A stretch of 64,000 nucleotides of DNA. Origin: Azolla caroliniana (Eukaryota; Plantae; Polypodiophyta). Location of the stretch: positions 13,392,001 through 13,456,000 of the forward strand of contig JBHGNT010000012.1 in assembly GCA_043228905.1 (NCBI GenBank), written 5' to 3'. Shown here in pieces: positions 1 through 12,993 of the stretch. The stretch's first letter is position 1; each line of letters opens with the position of its first letter. Position numbers and translations under genes: made by a program. The notes under the pieces were generated by a model. The model saw only the letters and a list, made by a program, of their open reading frames with translations, made no database searches and was not told the DNA's origin.

Positions 1-776
1 TGTTGAGTACGTAGGGCATGACCCACTTCATGTGAGGTCGCTCCTATGACACACGTATCCAACATCCTTCCCTCATGAGATCATTCTTATGAGAGGCATT
101 CGTAATGACGTGACCATGTGATGGGCCACGTGGGCCTACTACGAAAAGAGGACTCATTTCGCTAGACCATTAGGTTGCACTTTGGCGTATGCCATCGTAA
201 TTACGAGACTTGAGGTTAGGTAACGTACCAACATAGTTGTCGTAAATGAGGGCGAAATAAGGATTCTTGACATATATGTTTCTTTTAAAAAAACATATAT
301 GCGCAAATGCCTCGCATATTTCTTATACGCATGAAACATTATAACATTCAAGAAGAGCAACCTATTTGGTTGGCTCAAGTGTTTAATGCATTTGTTCTTG
401 AGGTCTCGAGTTCAAATATGACCAAGACCATACAACATCGTTGATGCATATGAATATAACACATGTTTAGACTTGAGGTCTAAGTGCACTTCGGGGTCTC
501 CGTAATAGAACTTAAAGAGCCGAAACCACATATGTGGGCACCGAAACATAGTTTATTGTTAACATTTTTTTCGTGTATAAACTATTCATGTTGCGAACAT
601 ACATAGTTGAGCCTCGGGGAGCCACCATGAAAAAAATCGATATAGAGATCAGGGAAAGACATCTATTTGTCACCCCCGTGGTTTTTAAAACACCTTTGTG
701 TTACCATAGTAACCTGATCTTAAACCTCATCTCATACGTCTAGAGGGGTATTGACGTGAGATCATGATATTGATTA

Positions 777-2135
777 ATGTTTGCCCATGATATGTTTACA
801 TCACCACATGATGTTATGACTATCTCTTTGACCTTATCCTATTTCTTTTCCAGAAATAATCATTTAATGGCTCACAATAACGACCCGATGTCATCCACTC
901 AAGCAGAAGGAACTCAAGGAAATCCTCTTGGACAAATGTCCATTGAGATGTATTTTTCGCAAATAACCCAATACCTTAGTTTCATTGCTCAACAGATGAC
1001 CAAACATCGCCAATCTCAAAGTGCTCTTGAGGCACGTGTCATTAGTTTACAACGTGAGACTAATAGACCTGATGAGCAACAAGGTGAATCATCGTTTGTC
1101 GTTAAGCCATTTACGGGAGACAAAAAGGAAAGAACAGAAGAAGCAATCTGCACGTGGTTGGGCCGATGGGAGTCTCATTTTGAGCTCTATCCCAAGGCAG
1201 ATAGTACGAAGATTGCATATGTCGATCCAGAACTAGGGGGTAAGGCTGCCGCCTCGTGGCGTGGGCTCCGTACTTTGGGAAAATTGCCCGATACCTGGAC
1301 AGATTTTGTCACAGTTTTCAAGGGCCAATTTCTGCAACCTCCCTCTTGAACCGAGGTAGCACAAGCTTTAATGAACCTCTCTAGCAGGAAGTTTTCCTCG
1401 CTAGAAGACTATGTCCACCATGCTAGAACCCAAATCCAAAAATCGGGTCTAGAAGGGGACAATTGGTTAATAGCTTGTTTTGTCAATGGCATCCCCAATT
1501 CGCACTATCATTGGATAGTGCACGATAAGGATCCAAAATCCTTCGAAGAGGCCGTTGAAATAGTTCTTCGTTATCAACGCACTTCGAAAGACCACAACAA
1601 AACCAACGAAGCGCCCGAGACTAAGCAGTCGCAATTCGCTGGGAAACGCAAGACACCCAACAAATTCATGGATCATGATTCTAAGCGACAACATCCTTTT
1701 TGCGTATTCTGCAAAACGAAGGGTCATACAAAAGAGCAATGTCGAAACCTCCAACAGAAAGAGCACGACAACAAAGCTAAAGCTGTAGACCATAAAGGTC
1801 AGATTCCTAATGTCCTTCAGGTCTATACACATCATTTAAGTAATTGTGAATGTTCTTTCCCTCGATATGTATTGGGTCCCAATGATTTACTACGTGCAAA
1901 CGGGTATATCAATGGATCTCCCGTATAATTTTTGTTTGATTCGGGAAGCTCACACAACTTTGTGAATGATTGTTTGGTTCAGATATGGGGAATCCAACCC
2001 ACCGTAAGTGATCACACCGACACGGTGCACTTGACTAATGGAAGAGTACAATACATCAATGGGGCGATTCATTCATTAGGAATTTCTATTGATACTTATA
2101 TAGAGGAAGTAGACCTCCATGTAATGAATCTTTAG
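777..2135 (+). pseudogene. gag: A1 gag + aspartic protease, broken by in-frame stops
   Basis: ORFs 777-1349, 1371-1928 (CVFCKTKGHTKEQC zinc knuckle) and 1932-2135 (FDSGSSHNFV) lie in the same frame, separated by stops. Confidence 0.9.
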
Positions 2136-2594
2136 ACCACCGATGTAATACTGGGTTATCCCTGGTTTTATAATAAAAACTCTTCTTTATTTATTGATTG
2201 GGTTCATCATTCAATTACATTTGTATTGAACGATTGTACTCATTTTATTCAATGTGTTAGAAAACAATCCCTCTCGATTGTTTCCTCGTGGCCATCAATA
2301 TCCGAGTTGTCTTGTTCTACTCTATTTTATTGTGTACTTGATCCGGACATTCACGTTTAGAATATCGATAATGTCTCGGTTCAATTAACATATTTTGAAC
2401 AACAACTTGATGAAATCTTAAATGATTTTCGTGATGTTTTTCCGAGTGAACTACCAAATGGTTTACCTCCTAAACGTAATATAGACCATCGTATAGATAT
2501 TGTACCTGGTGTTGCACCAAGAAGTATACCTCCTTATCGCTTAAGTCGATCCGAAGAGGATGAGGTATCTAAGCAACTCAAGGACTATTTACGA

Positions 2595-3427
2595 ATGGGT
2601 TATATACGTTATAGTAAATCTCCATGGGGTGCATCAGTTCTCTTGGTTAAAAAGAAAGAGAGCACATGGCGTATGTGTATTAATTACCGACGCTTGAATA
2701 AAGTGACGATCAAGAATTCGTATCCATTGCCCTGGGCTGACGATCTAATTGACCGTCTCCAGGGAGCTCGGTATTTTACGAAACTTGATCTCCGTACTGG
2801 CTACCATCAAATTTGTATAAGTGAGGACGATGTTCTAAAAACGGCATTTCGTATGCGCTATGGCCATTATGAGTTTTTGGTTATGCCTTTTGGTTTGACC
2901 AATGCTCCGGCTACATTTGTCGTTATTTTCTTGGATGATATTTTAGTTTATAGTCGTACATTATACGAACATGCTAAACATGTCTACTTCGTTTTACAAA
3001 CATTGCGTGACAAACAATTTTATGCAAAGATCTCAAAATGTGAGTTCTTCAAGAAATCAATTACTTATCTTGGACATCTCATAACCGAACGAGGAGTTGA
3101 AATTGATCCTTCTGGCATCAAGAAAATCAAGCTTTGGCCCACTCTTCGGAATGCAATCATTCCTTGGTTTTGTCGGGTTTTTGCGAAAATCCCTTCCTAA
3201 TTACTCCCAATTGACGACGTCGTTTAATGATCTTCTAAAAGCTCAAACGCGTAAGTCTACAAAACCTATTGTGTGGAATGCTACACTAGACGTAGCCTTT
3301 AAGGAACTCAAGGACCTGGTTTGCAAGGCTCCTTCACTTCTTTTACCCGATCCTTCAGAACCTTTCAAGGTTGAAACCGATACAAGCGATTATGCTATAG
3401 GTGTTGCCTTATATCAAGGTGGTAAAC
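2595..3427 (+). pseudogene. pol: A1 reverse transcriptase and start of RNase H
   Basis: [56 protein letters not shown]; frameshift and small deletions. Confidence 0.93.
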
Positions 3428-4188
3428 GTTTTGAGGCCGAAACCGGATGACGAGTACCTGGCTACGGAAGACCCAGTGAGAACCAGATGACGAGTACTCG
3501 GCTACGGAAGACCCGGTGAGAACCGGATGACAAGTACCCGGCTAGGGAAGACCCGGTGAGAACCGGATGACAAGTACCCGGCTACGGAAGACCCGGTGAG
3601 AATCGGATGACAAGTACCCGGCAAGAACCGGATGGTGAAGACCCGGTGAGAACCGGATGTGGAGTACCCGGCAACGGAAGACCTGGTGAGAACCGGATGA
3701 CGTGTGCCCAGCAAGCGCCGGATGATGCAGGCCCGGTGAGGAGTGCTCACCGGATGAAGGGACATATTCGTAAATATGTTTCTGAGAGTCCATCAGGGTT
3801 ATATTAGTATAAATATGACTTAGGGCAAACAGAGAATGGGTGATTGTAGTTGTTATTCTTGTTGGTGCAAGATTAGAGCGCGTAACTGTGTACAGAGCGA
3901 GAGAGAGAGAGGAAGAGGTCGTTGCCTCTGTTGTAACCGCCGCCTGTGGCAAAGATAGCAAGCTCGAGGTCGTTGCTTCGGTGCTTTAGTATTGTACATT
4001 CTGATATAGTTATAGTTTGCAGTCCGTGGACTGCCATGGTTTTTTCCCTAGTTTGGGTTTTTTTCCCATGTTAATATCCTGTGTACTCTTCTCTTCACTG
4101 TGTCGTGCGTTCATTACCCGTTTTCTGTGTTTTATCCTAGCCTTGGTTGTGGCCGAGCGTTGTTCATCGGGAGCGTGTGTTCCTGTCA
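3428..4188 (+). repeat. B1 5' LTR (missing first ~60 bp) with 40-bp CCGG-rich tandem repeats
   Basis: Aligns to ~8325-9144; unit GAAGACCCGGTGAGAACCGGATGACGAGTACCCGGCTACG with period 40. Confidence 0.9.
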
Positions 4189-4189
4189 G

Positions 4190-4201
4190 TGGTATCAGAG
4201 C
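4190..4201 (+). promoter_or_regulatory. Primer-binding site, tRNA-iMet (B1)
   Basis: TGGTATCAGAGC 1 nt after the LTR end ...CCTGTCA. Confidence 0.92.
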
Positions 4202-4216
4202 GAAACAACACAGAAA

Positions 4217-7200
4217 ATGGATGATTCGTTGGGAGGTATGTTCAAGCTCACCGGCTCCAACTATTCGGTGTGGAAGTCGAAGATGAGGGACATGCTCGGG
4301 GTTAAAGATCTTTGGTTGCCAGTTCAGTTCGGGGACAAGAGATCGGACAAAATCGATGCCGCGATATGGGAGGTGTTGCACATGAAGACAACGGCTTACA
4401 TACGATGCTTCATCGACATGAGTCTATACAACAATTTCAATGAAGAGAGCAAGGCTCATGAGCTCTGGGAGAAGATCGGCATTATGTTTCAAAACAAAAA
4501 TGTTGTTAATCAGGTTTCAGTATTTCGGAAGCAAGTAAGACTCCGGTACCAAGATGGCTCCAGCATGGCGGAGCACATGAATGCCTTCCAGGGGCTGATC
4601 CACCAGGCAACATCATTGGAAGTACCTCTCGCCGATGAGGTACTAGCGCTACTCCTGCTCGGTTCCCTGCCAGATAGGTGGGAGACGTTGGTTGTCACTT
4701 TGGGCAACACCGGACCGGAAGGGAAACGGTTATCCCTAGCAAGAGTGAAGTCGAGCTTGCTAGATGAGGAGGCGCGTTAGAGAGATAAGGATACGAGCTC
4801 CGACTCCAAACGCTCCTTGCCGAATCGGAACGCGGAAGACAAAGGAACTGTAGCCCCCAGAATCGGGAAAAGTCGGGGACACGGTCAAAGTCAAGGGGGA
4901 GGCCTACTTGCTTCTATTGCGGCAAGCCGGGACACTTCCAGAAGAATTGTTGGCACTTCCGAAAAGACAAGGAAACCGACGGTACTGATTCGAAGCGGAC
5001 ACGGAACCGAAACGGTAAAGGCCAGAGGGGGCCGAACCGGAAGGGAACGACGGCAATCGCGGCAAGTGAAGAAGAGTTGATGCTCATCATCGAGGAGAGT
5101 GAGCTAAACCTTGCCGGCGACGAGATGACCTGGGTGGTCGACTCCGGAGCGTCGTTCCACCTTACCCCGGACCGGAAATGCTTCTCATCCTACTCAGCCG
5201 GTGATCACGGCTGTGTCCGGATGGGGAATGAAGGTACATGCCGAATTGTCGGCATAGGAGACGTGTGGTTGACAACACCAACCGGATGCAAGCTGATGCA
5301 AGCTGCTGCTGAAGGATGCCCGACACGTTCCGGAGGTTCGTCTGAACTTGATATCAGCCGGTCGGCTAGATGATGAAGGCTACACTGGGTCGCATCCGGA
5401 ACGGTGTTATGAAGTTCAGCAAAGGGAGCCTGATTGTGGCTCGGGCCCGGAAGGTTAACACATTGTATCTGATGAATGCCCGGTTATGCCCGGATGAAGT
5501 GAACGTGGCATCCGACACTGCCGGTGAGCAGTGGCACAAGAGACTGTGTCACATGAGCGAGAAGGGGACGAAGAGGCTTGCAGAAGACAACCTCATTCCA
5601 GTGAAGAACTTGCACTTGGAGAAGTGCACTAATTGTCTGGCCGGTAAACAAAACCAGACCTCTTTCCGATCGAGGCCACCGATGAGACATAATGCACCAC
5701 TAGAGTCGGTGCATACTGATGTATGTCAAGTGGACATGAAGTGACATGCCGGATCGCAGTACTTCGTGACGTTCATAGATGACCACAGCCGGAAGTTGTG
5801 GGCCACACCGTTGAAGATGAAGGATCAGGTTGTATCTGTCTTCAAAGAGCTCCATGCGAGAGTGAAAAGAGAAGCCGGCCGGAAGCTGAAGGCGGTTCAA
5901 ACAGATAACGGAGGTGAATACCGGGGGCAGTTTGAGGAGTATTGTTGCTCGAAGGGAATCCGTCTCGAATTTACCGTGCCAAAGACGTTGGAACTAAACG
6001 GGCTAGCTGAGAGGATGAACCGGACCATAATGGAGAGGGTCCAGAGTATGCTGGCGCATGCAAAATTACCCAAGACGTTTTGGGCTGAGGCGCTATCGAC
6101 GGCGACATATGTGATAAACAAATCACCCTCAGTACCCTTGGACGGAGACATGCCACAAAGAGTGTGGACCGGTATGGAAGTGTCCTACCGGCATCTGAAG
6201 GTATTCCGGTGTCTTGCGTATGTGCATGTAGCTAGGGGCCGGAGAGGAAAACTAGATCCGAAGACCCGGCCATGCATATTCCTCGGTTACGGCGACGATG
6301 AGTTCGGCTACCGAGTGTGGGACCTAGTCGACAAGAAGGCTTTCCGGAGTCGAGATATTATCTTCATGGAGGACAAGACTCTTGCCGACTAGGAGTTAGA
6401 GAAGAAGATAATGAACTCCGATGAGATTCGGACACACCCGGCTAAGAGCCGGTTGACACTTGAGGAACCAGCCTGTTACGGTGGGAATACCGAACCGGCA
6501 GAAGAAGAAGTAGAGGAAGCTGAAATCGAAACCGGCCAAGACCCCGAATCGGATTCGGATGAAGAACAAATAGTGGAGCCGGTTGCCGAAGGACAAAGAC
6601 GGAGATATCCTCTCCGAGAGAGAAGGGCCCCCCGGAGATTTCCGGATGCAGAGCATGTGCTGCTGACCGATGAGGGAGAGCCGGAAAGCTTCGAAGAAGC
6701 GAAGGATGACACCCACAGCCGCAAATGGCTAAGTGCCATGCAGGATGAGATGGATTCCCTGCATGAGAACCATACGTACGAATTGGTGGAGTTGCCAAAA
6801 GGAAAGCGGGCACTCCGAAACAAGTGGGTGTACAAGCTGAAACCGGGAGATGTCGGCAACCCCCCAAGATAAAAAGCCAGGATTGTGGTGAAGGGGTTCC
6901 AGTAGAAGAAGGGCGTGGACTTTGACGAGATATTTGCGCCGGTAGTAAAGATGACCTCCATCCGGACGGTGCTGAGTATAGCGGCAAGCATGGACCTCGA
7001 GGTAGAGCACCTAGACGTGAAGACAACATTCCTTCACGGTGACCTCGAAGAGGAGATCTATATGCAGCAACCGGAAGGATTCGTGGAGAAAGGGAAGGAG
7101 CACTTGGTATGCCGGTTGAAGAAGAGCCTTTACAGACTAAAGCAGGCACCCCGACAATGGTACCGGAAGTTCGACTCCTTCATGACCGATCAAGGGTACC

Positions 7201-8249
7201 ACAAGACGCAGGCCGATCACTGCGTGTTCGTGAAGAAGTTCAAAGGAGGCGACGTCTTGATACTCCTTCTGTACGTGGATGCCATGCTGATTGTGGGATG
7301 GGACCAAGCCAGAATACGGATGCTGAAGAAGGCTCTCAACCAAACTTTCGCAATGAAAGACTTGGGTCCGGCAAGACAGATGTTGGGGATGCATATCATC
7401 CGGAACCGGCCAACGAAGCAATTGTAGCTGTCTCAAGAGAAGTACGTGACAAAGGTGCTTCAGCGGTTCAACATGTTAGAAGCGAAACTAGTCAGATCGA
7501 CACTCCCAACAAACTGCAAATTATCCGGTAAGCAAAGCCCGAAGACGAAATCAGAGAAGGCTGATATGATGAAGGTTCCATATGCCTCTGCCATCGGGAG
7601 CTTAATGTACGCAATGGTGTGTACCCGACCGGATATAGGATACGCAGTCAGAGTGGTGAGCCGGTTTATGAGCAATCCCGGCAAGGAGCACTGGAACGTG
7701 GTCAAATGGATACTCCGGTACTTGAAGGGCACTTCGGATATGTATCTTCGATTCGGCTCCTGTAAACCTCAACTCGACGGTTTTACCGATTCGGACATGT
7801 CGGCTGATGTGGATACCAGCCGGTCTATATCCGAGTATGTAATGACGTATGCAAGGGGAGCTATTTCATGGCAGTCGAGGCTGCAGAAGACGGTTGCGTT
7901 GTCAACCACGGAGGCAGAGTACATGGCAGTTGTGGAAGCCGGCAAGGAAATATTATGGATGAAGGACTTCATCGGAGAGCTCGGTATCCGACAAGATGAA
8001 TACCGGCTCTATTGCGACAGTCAAAGTGCCATCCACCTTGCTAAGAACACAGCGTACCATTCCAGGATGAAGCACATCCAGCGTAGGTATCACTGGATCC
8101 GGGAGCGAGTAGAAGATCGAGAGTTCGCGTTGGCGAAGATCCACACGGCCGAGAATGGGTCAGATATGCTGACCAAAGTGCTGATACCCGACAAGTTGGA
8201 TGCATGTCGGAAGCGGATCGGACTAGTAAGACATCCCATGCCGGAGTGA
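4217..8249 (+). pseudogene. gag-pol: B1 copia gag-pol polyprotein, multiple stops and frameshifts
   Basis: WVVDSGAS protease, WHKRLCH zinc finger, TDNGGEY integrase, LLLYVDAML RT, LSTTEAEY RNase H. Confidence 0.93.
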
Positions 8250-8259
8250 AGGGGGAGTT

Positions 8260-9144
8260 TGTTAGGAAACAAGTCCCTTCGAATGGGAAGTGAGAAGAAC
8301 AGTGTCAATAAGCAAACTCGTCCGAGGCTGAAACCGGATGATGAGTACCCGGCTACGGAAGACCCAGTGAGAACCGGATGACAAGTACCCGGCTACGGAA
8401 GACCCAGTGAGAACTGGATGACAAGTACCCGGCTACGGAAGACCCGGTGAGAACCGGATGACGAGTACCCGGCTACGGAAGACCCGGTGAGAACCGGATG
8501 ACGAGTACCCGGCTACGGAAGACCCGGTAATAACCGGATGACGAGTACCCGGCAAAGAGCCGGATGGTGAAGACCCGGTGAGAACCGGATGTGGAGTACC
8601 CGGCAACGAAAGACCCGGTGAGAATCGGATGACGTGTGCCCGGCAAGCGCCGGATGATGCAGGCCCGGTGAGGAGTGCTCACCGGATGAAGGGACATATT
8701 CGTAAATATGTTTCTGAGAGTCCATCGAGGCTATATTTGTAAATATCCGAAAATTCATATTAGTATAAATATGACTTAGGGCAAACAGAGAATGGGTGAT
8801 TGTAGTTGTTATTCTTGTTGGTGCAAGATTAGAGTGCGTAACTGTGTACAGAGCGAGAGAGTGAGAGGAAGAGGTCGTTGCCTCTTTTGTAACCGCCGCC
8901 TGTGGCGAAGATAGCAAGCTCGAGGTTGTTGCTTCAGTGCTTTACTATTGTACATTTTGATATAGTGATAGTTTGCAGTTTGTGGGTTGCCGTGGTTTTT
9001 TCCCTAGTTTGGGTTTTTTTTCCACGTTAACATCCTGTGTACTCTTCTCTTCACTGTGTGGTGCGTTCATTACCCGTTTTCTGTGTTTTATCCTAGCCTT
9101 GGTTGTGGCCGAGCGTTGTTCATTGGGAGCGTGTGTTCCTATCA
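8260..9144 (+). repeat. B1 3' LTR
   Basis: TGTTAGG...CCTATCA directly after the PPT; 40-bp tandem array ~8330-8600. Confidence 0.93.
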
Positions 9145-10431
9145 GATGCACCCTCAGCAGGGCACCTTGGAATACATCGTACACTCGTTCTCATCTCCAC
9201 TCAATTTTATTGGCCTAAGATGCGTGCTGACATACATAGCTATGTGACTAAATGTGCCCAATGTCAGGTTAACAAAGCTGAGCGACTTAAAGCCGCATGA
9301 CTTTTACATCCCTTGGACATTCCCAACAATAAGTGGGAAAGTATATCCATGGATTTTATTGTTAGCCTTCCTCACACCCAAAAAGGCCATGATGCCATCT
9401 GGGTTGTGGTTGATCAACTAACTAAAAGGGCTAGATTTATTGCTACTAAAACCACGGTAACAGCTCCTGAATTGACTTACCAATTTGTGGACGAGTTATT
9501 TCGTTTTTATGGGTTACCGATGGATATTGTGAGTGATCGAGATCCAAAATTTACTAGTGACTTCTAAACGCAAGTCTTTAAGAAGTTAGAAACTACGTTG
9601 AGCATGAGCTCCACGGATCATCCTCAATCCGATGGACAAACAGAATGAGTAAATGAAATTATTGAGGACATGCTTCAAGGATACGTTGGTACAAAACCAA
9701 CAAAATGTGAACATTATCTCCCAATTTTGGAGTTTGCTTATAATAGCTCCAAGCATACGTCAACGGGATAAAGTCCTTTTATGTTGATGTATGGTTTTTA
9801 GCCACGAGCCCCGATTGATGTTAATATACATCATGATGAGTTGCGAAGTATGCAAAAATTTCTTCGGGGTATGCAAGATATGTTGCATATTGCACGAGAT
9901 AATATAAAAACAGCTCAAGATAGAGCTCATTTTTATGCCGATCATCTTAGACAACCTCGTGTATTCAACCCTGCACAGAAGGTATTTTTGCATGTACCTC
10001 ACAATTCTAAGACATTACCTACGGGTAAGTGCGCTAAGTTAGCCCCAAGGTTTTGTGGACCTTTTATAGTCCTCAAACGCATTGGGTCATCAGCCTATCG
10101 TCTTGCTATTCCTGATGGCATTGAAATCCATCTTGTTTTTCATGTAAGTCGTCTAAAAGAACTTCTAGGTTCTGGCGACAATACAGTTGCAACTAAAACT
10201 CTGGTTACTTTTGAAGAATTATCTTCTAAACCACATGTACTTGAAAGAATTCTCGATGTTAAAACAAAAAAATTACGTACTAAAGAAATCCGAGAATTTA
10301 AAATAAAATGGATGGATAAATCAATAAAAGATGCCACATGGGAACGGGAAAGTACTCTCAGAATTAACTTCCCTAACTTTCCATTGCAAGAGTGCAATGT
10401 TTTAAAGAGGGGGAGTATGTTACGGGCATGA
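9145..10431 (+). pseudogene. pol: A1 integrase with GPY/F motif and C-terminal chromodomain
   Basis: WESISMDFIVSLP, IVSDRDPKF, KLAPRFCGPF, ERILDVKTKKLRTKEIREFKIKW...DATWERE; ORF ends inside the 3' LTR. Confidence 0.92.
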
Positions 10432-10874
10432 CCATATAATATCCCATGGTGAGAATTTACCGTAGTATTCTATACATGTGGATAAGTGTGAGGGTTAAAC
10501 GAGAGTGTAAAGAAGGGGAGGATTACTTTTAAATCCTCGAGATTGAGACAACCCATTAGGCCAAGTGTGAGCATGGCTGGGGGCCTTGGGTATCGCTATA
10601 AATAAGAGGCCTAGCTACCCTCATTTCATTATCTTGTTGACTACGTTGAGACTCTGTCTCGTGGTGTGTCATCTCTTGTAGCGAGCGCGCCAACACCAGG
10701 TACGACTCGACGCCACGACGGTGGTATGGGACGCCAATCGAGGCTCGAGTCCGTCTCGAACCCTTCGCTCGGGGTGGTCGGGTGGATCGGCACCCTTCTT
10801 TCTCTCTGTCCTTTTTATCTATTCATCTATATTCTATCCTTATTTAATGCTTACATTAGTCTATGTCTCTAATA
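10418..10874 (+). repeat. A1 3' LTR
   Basis: Starts TGTTACGGGCATGACC after the PPT; ends ...CTCTAATA like 62253-62707; contains TATAAATA. Confidence 0.92.
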
Positions 10875-11084
10875 TCTCTGATTCTCCCCTTATGTCGATT
10901 ACGAGTTGAAATCCACTTTCTACACTTTCCACATCACCACAATCTTCGTCTAGTTGGTCCTCGTTGTCCGTCTTGTCTAGGGTTACATAGGATTCGTCGT
11001 CAGTCTGCTTCTTGAAGATCTTTACCCGTTTCCCCAACATAGGCACTCGTAGTGTTGTTGCATCCAACTCGCATAGTCGGTAAG

Positions 11085-12725
11085 TGTTGTCCATAGGCCA
11101 GAAATATAAATACATTATGTAAACTCTCCGATAGGTAGAAAAGTAGGTGAGGAAATAGGTAGAACTAGGAATAGTCGAGTTGTTAGCCCTCACAATCAGC
11201 TGATGGCTTGGCTCTATCTAAAGAGGAAAACTATATAAACCGAGATCGGCATACTTGAATGGGAGGGATATCTAGATAATTTTTAGCGAGATTAATACCG
11301 TAGCACCGAGCTCTGCACGAACTATTTCCGGTCGAGACCCGTGTATTATAATCATTGTGAGCTTTATCATTTAATATAAGTTTCGGTCTTACTATTCTTT
11401 TATCTGTTTATTCTCCCCGTACTCGTAAACCGAGCTACGTTTATGCCTAATAGGTTGTAGCCCGTGTGCGCTCCTCGTTCTCCTATCGTCTTCTCAATGG
11501 AGAAGAAGCTTCCATGTAACACGATCCCTTGATACCGATAGCCTGTGGGCTCATCGAAGGTGTTTCCCCAGAAACAATTAACACAATTTGGCATGCCCGG
11601 TTACAGTTGTAAGGTCACAGCGAACTACGTAGGAGGCAAACCCCAACTGCCATTACGGCGCCCAATCGCATCACGCGATCTCGGCGACCTGCCTGACGCC
11701 CTGAGCCAGTCGAAGGAACTTCCGACTCGGCGGTCACTGACCAATCTTTCTAGGAACTATCGGAGGCCCACCGGTTGCAATCCTCACCACCATATAACCA
11801 GTCGCGAGTTGATTCCGCACCGACCTCCCCGCCGAGCCCTCCAGAGGTCACCCAACCTGACCCTAACCCTTTTCCGGATTTACCTAAGGACCCGGATCTC
11901 GATACCATGCCTTCCCCCTACCCACAATATACAGACGGCCTTGATGCGGAATCCCACACCCGTGCTTTCGTGTCCACATGGCAAGCCAACCACTCGACGT
12001 AGCGGTTATCGGTTGCCGAAATCGAGGCCTCCAAAATCGCGGAATTTACTCTATCCCTCGGACCGGCTGCTCGATGGTACTACTGCTTCGATGTAGGGGA
12101 GATCACAATGTTCCAGGAAGTCCAAACAAAGTTTCTAGAATTATTTCACTGTGAAGTTTCGAAGCGCGAATTGTATCGACAGTTCTTTTGCATCAGCCAA
12201 GAACCTCACGAGACGGTCGCCCAGCCCAGTTTACGATCCGGTTTCAGGATCTCTACCAACAACTGGTCGATGATGTCTCGGCTCATCACATTCCGGATAC
12301 CTTCCTTTCCAGCCTAGGGGAGCCTCTACGGATGACGCTCGCACTTACCAATTTCTCGAACCAGACAATCGAGCAAGTCATCGCACGCGTCCTTGCCATT
12401 GATCGGACACAACATACGATGGCTTTCTCCCTGGGCTCTTTGCAAAGCACTCTTCCTCAGGAGGACAGCCGGTTCCGACAAGCCCTCCAATGCACAGCCT
12501 GTTCGGGCTGAGGCCATCTGGCTCTCGAGTGCCCTCACCGGCCACATTGTCCAATCTGTCAGTCCCGATCCCACACGGTCGAGCAATGCGAATACAACAT
12601 GCTCAACCATACAAAGACGACTCTGGTTCGCCAGATAGATCCTCGAAATACTTATTCACGACAAGACAAACGTCATTCATACCACTGTGGGCTCATCGAA
12701 GGTGTTTCCCCAGAAATAGTTAACA
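11085..12725 (+). mobile_element. Internally deleted LTR retrotransposon D (5' LTR, gag fragment, last ~42 bp of 3' LTR)
   Basis: TG...CA ends; TSD GTAAG at 11080-11084 and 12726-12730; LTR 11085-11583; 11542-11583 repeated at 12684-12725; PBS TGGCATGCCCGGT 11589-11601; gag-like Cys/His knuckles ~12490-12590. Confidence 0.85.
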
Positions 12726-12993
12726 GTAAGTTCCGTTGTCGAAAATTTTCCGAACCTCATTTGGCCCGAACCACCTTTTCGTGAACTTCTGTATCCTTGT
12801 ATGTTGATGATCCAAAATATTGTCATAGACAATCACTCAATCTCCTTCTTCAATCTTCCGTGGTCGTAGTCGGTGCTTTGTGTCAAACCGGCTTTTGTTC
12901 CGGAATCACGCTTCTTGTTGTTGACGTGTTGCTTCTGCTATGTCTTCCAGTCTTCCCTCTAGTTGTCGTATCTGGACCGCTAGTAGTTCTTCC

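Larger units (their letters stand above)
3428..9144 (+). mobile_element. Ty1/copia LTR retrotransposon, family B copy B1 (5' LTR truncated)
   Basis: LTRs ~3428-4188 and 8260-9144 (TG...CA); PBS TGGTATCAGAGC 4190-4201; PPT GAAGGGGGAG 8248-8257; gag-PR-INT-RT-RH order. Confidence 0.95.
1..10874 (+). mobile_element. Ty3/gypsy chromovirus LTR retrotransposon, family A copy A1 (5' LTR outside window; interrupted by copia B1)
   Basis: Order gag(CCHC)-protease(FDSGSSHNF)-RT(FLDD)-RNaseH-integrase-chromodomain; PPT AAGAGGGGGAG ~10405-10415; 3' LTR 10418-10874 matches LTR at 62253-62707; 1-480 matches 63507-64000. Confidence 0.95.

Noticed and set aside
6396-8308. Many antisense and alternate-frame ORFs over copia pol (also 24145-29217)
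   Set aside because: Expected shadow ORFs of GC-rich coding sequence; no independent motifs
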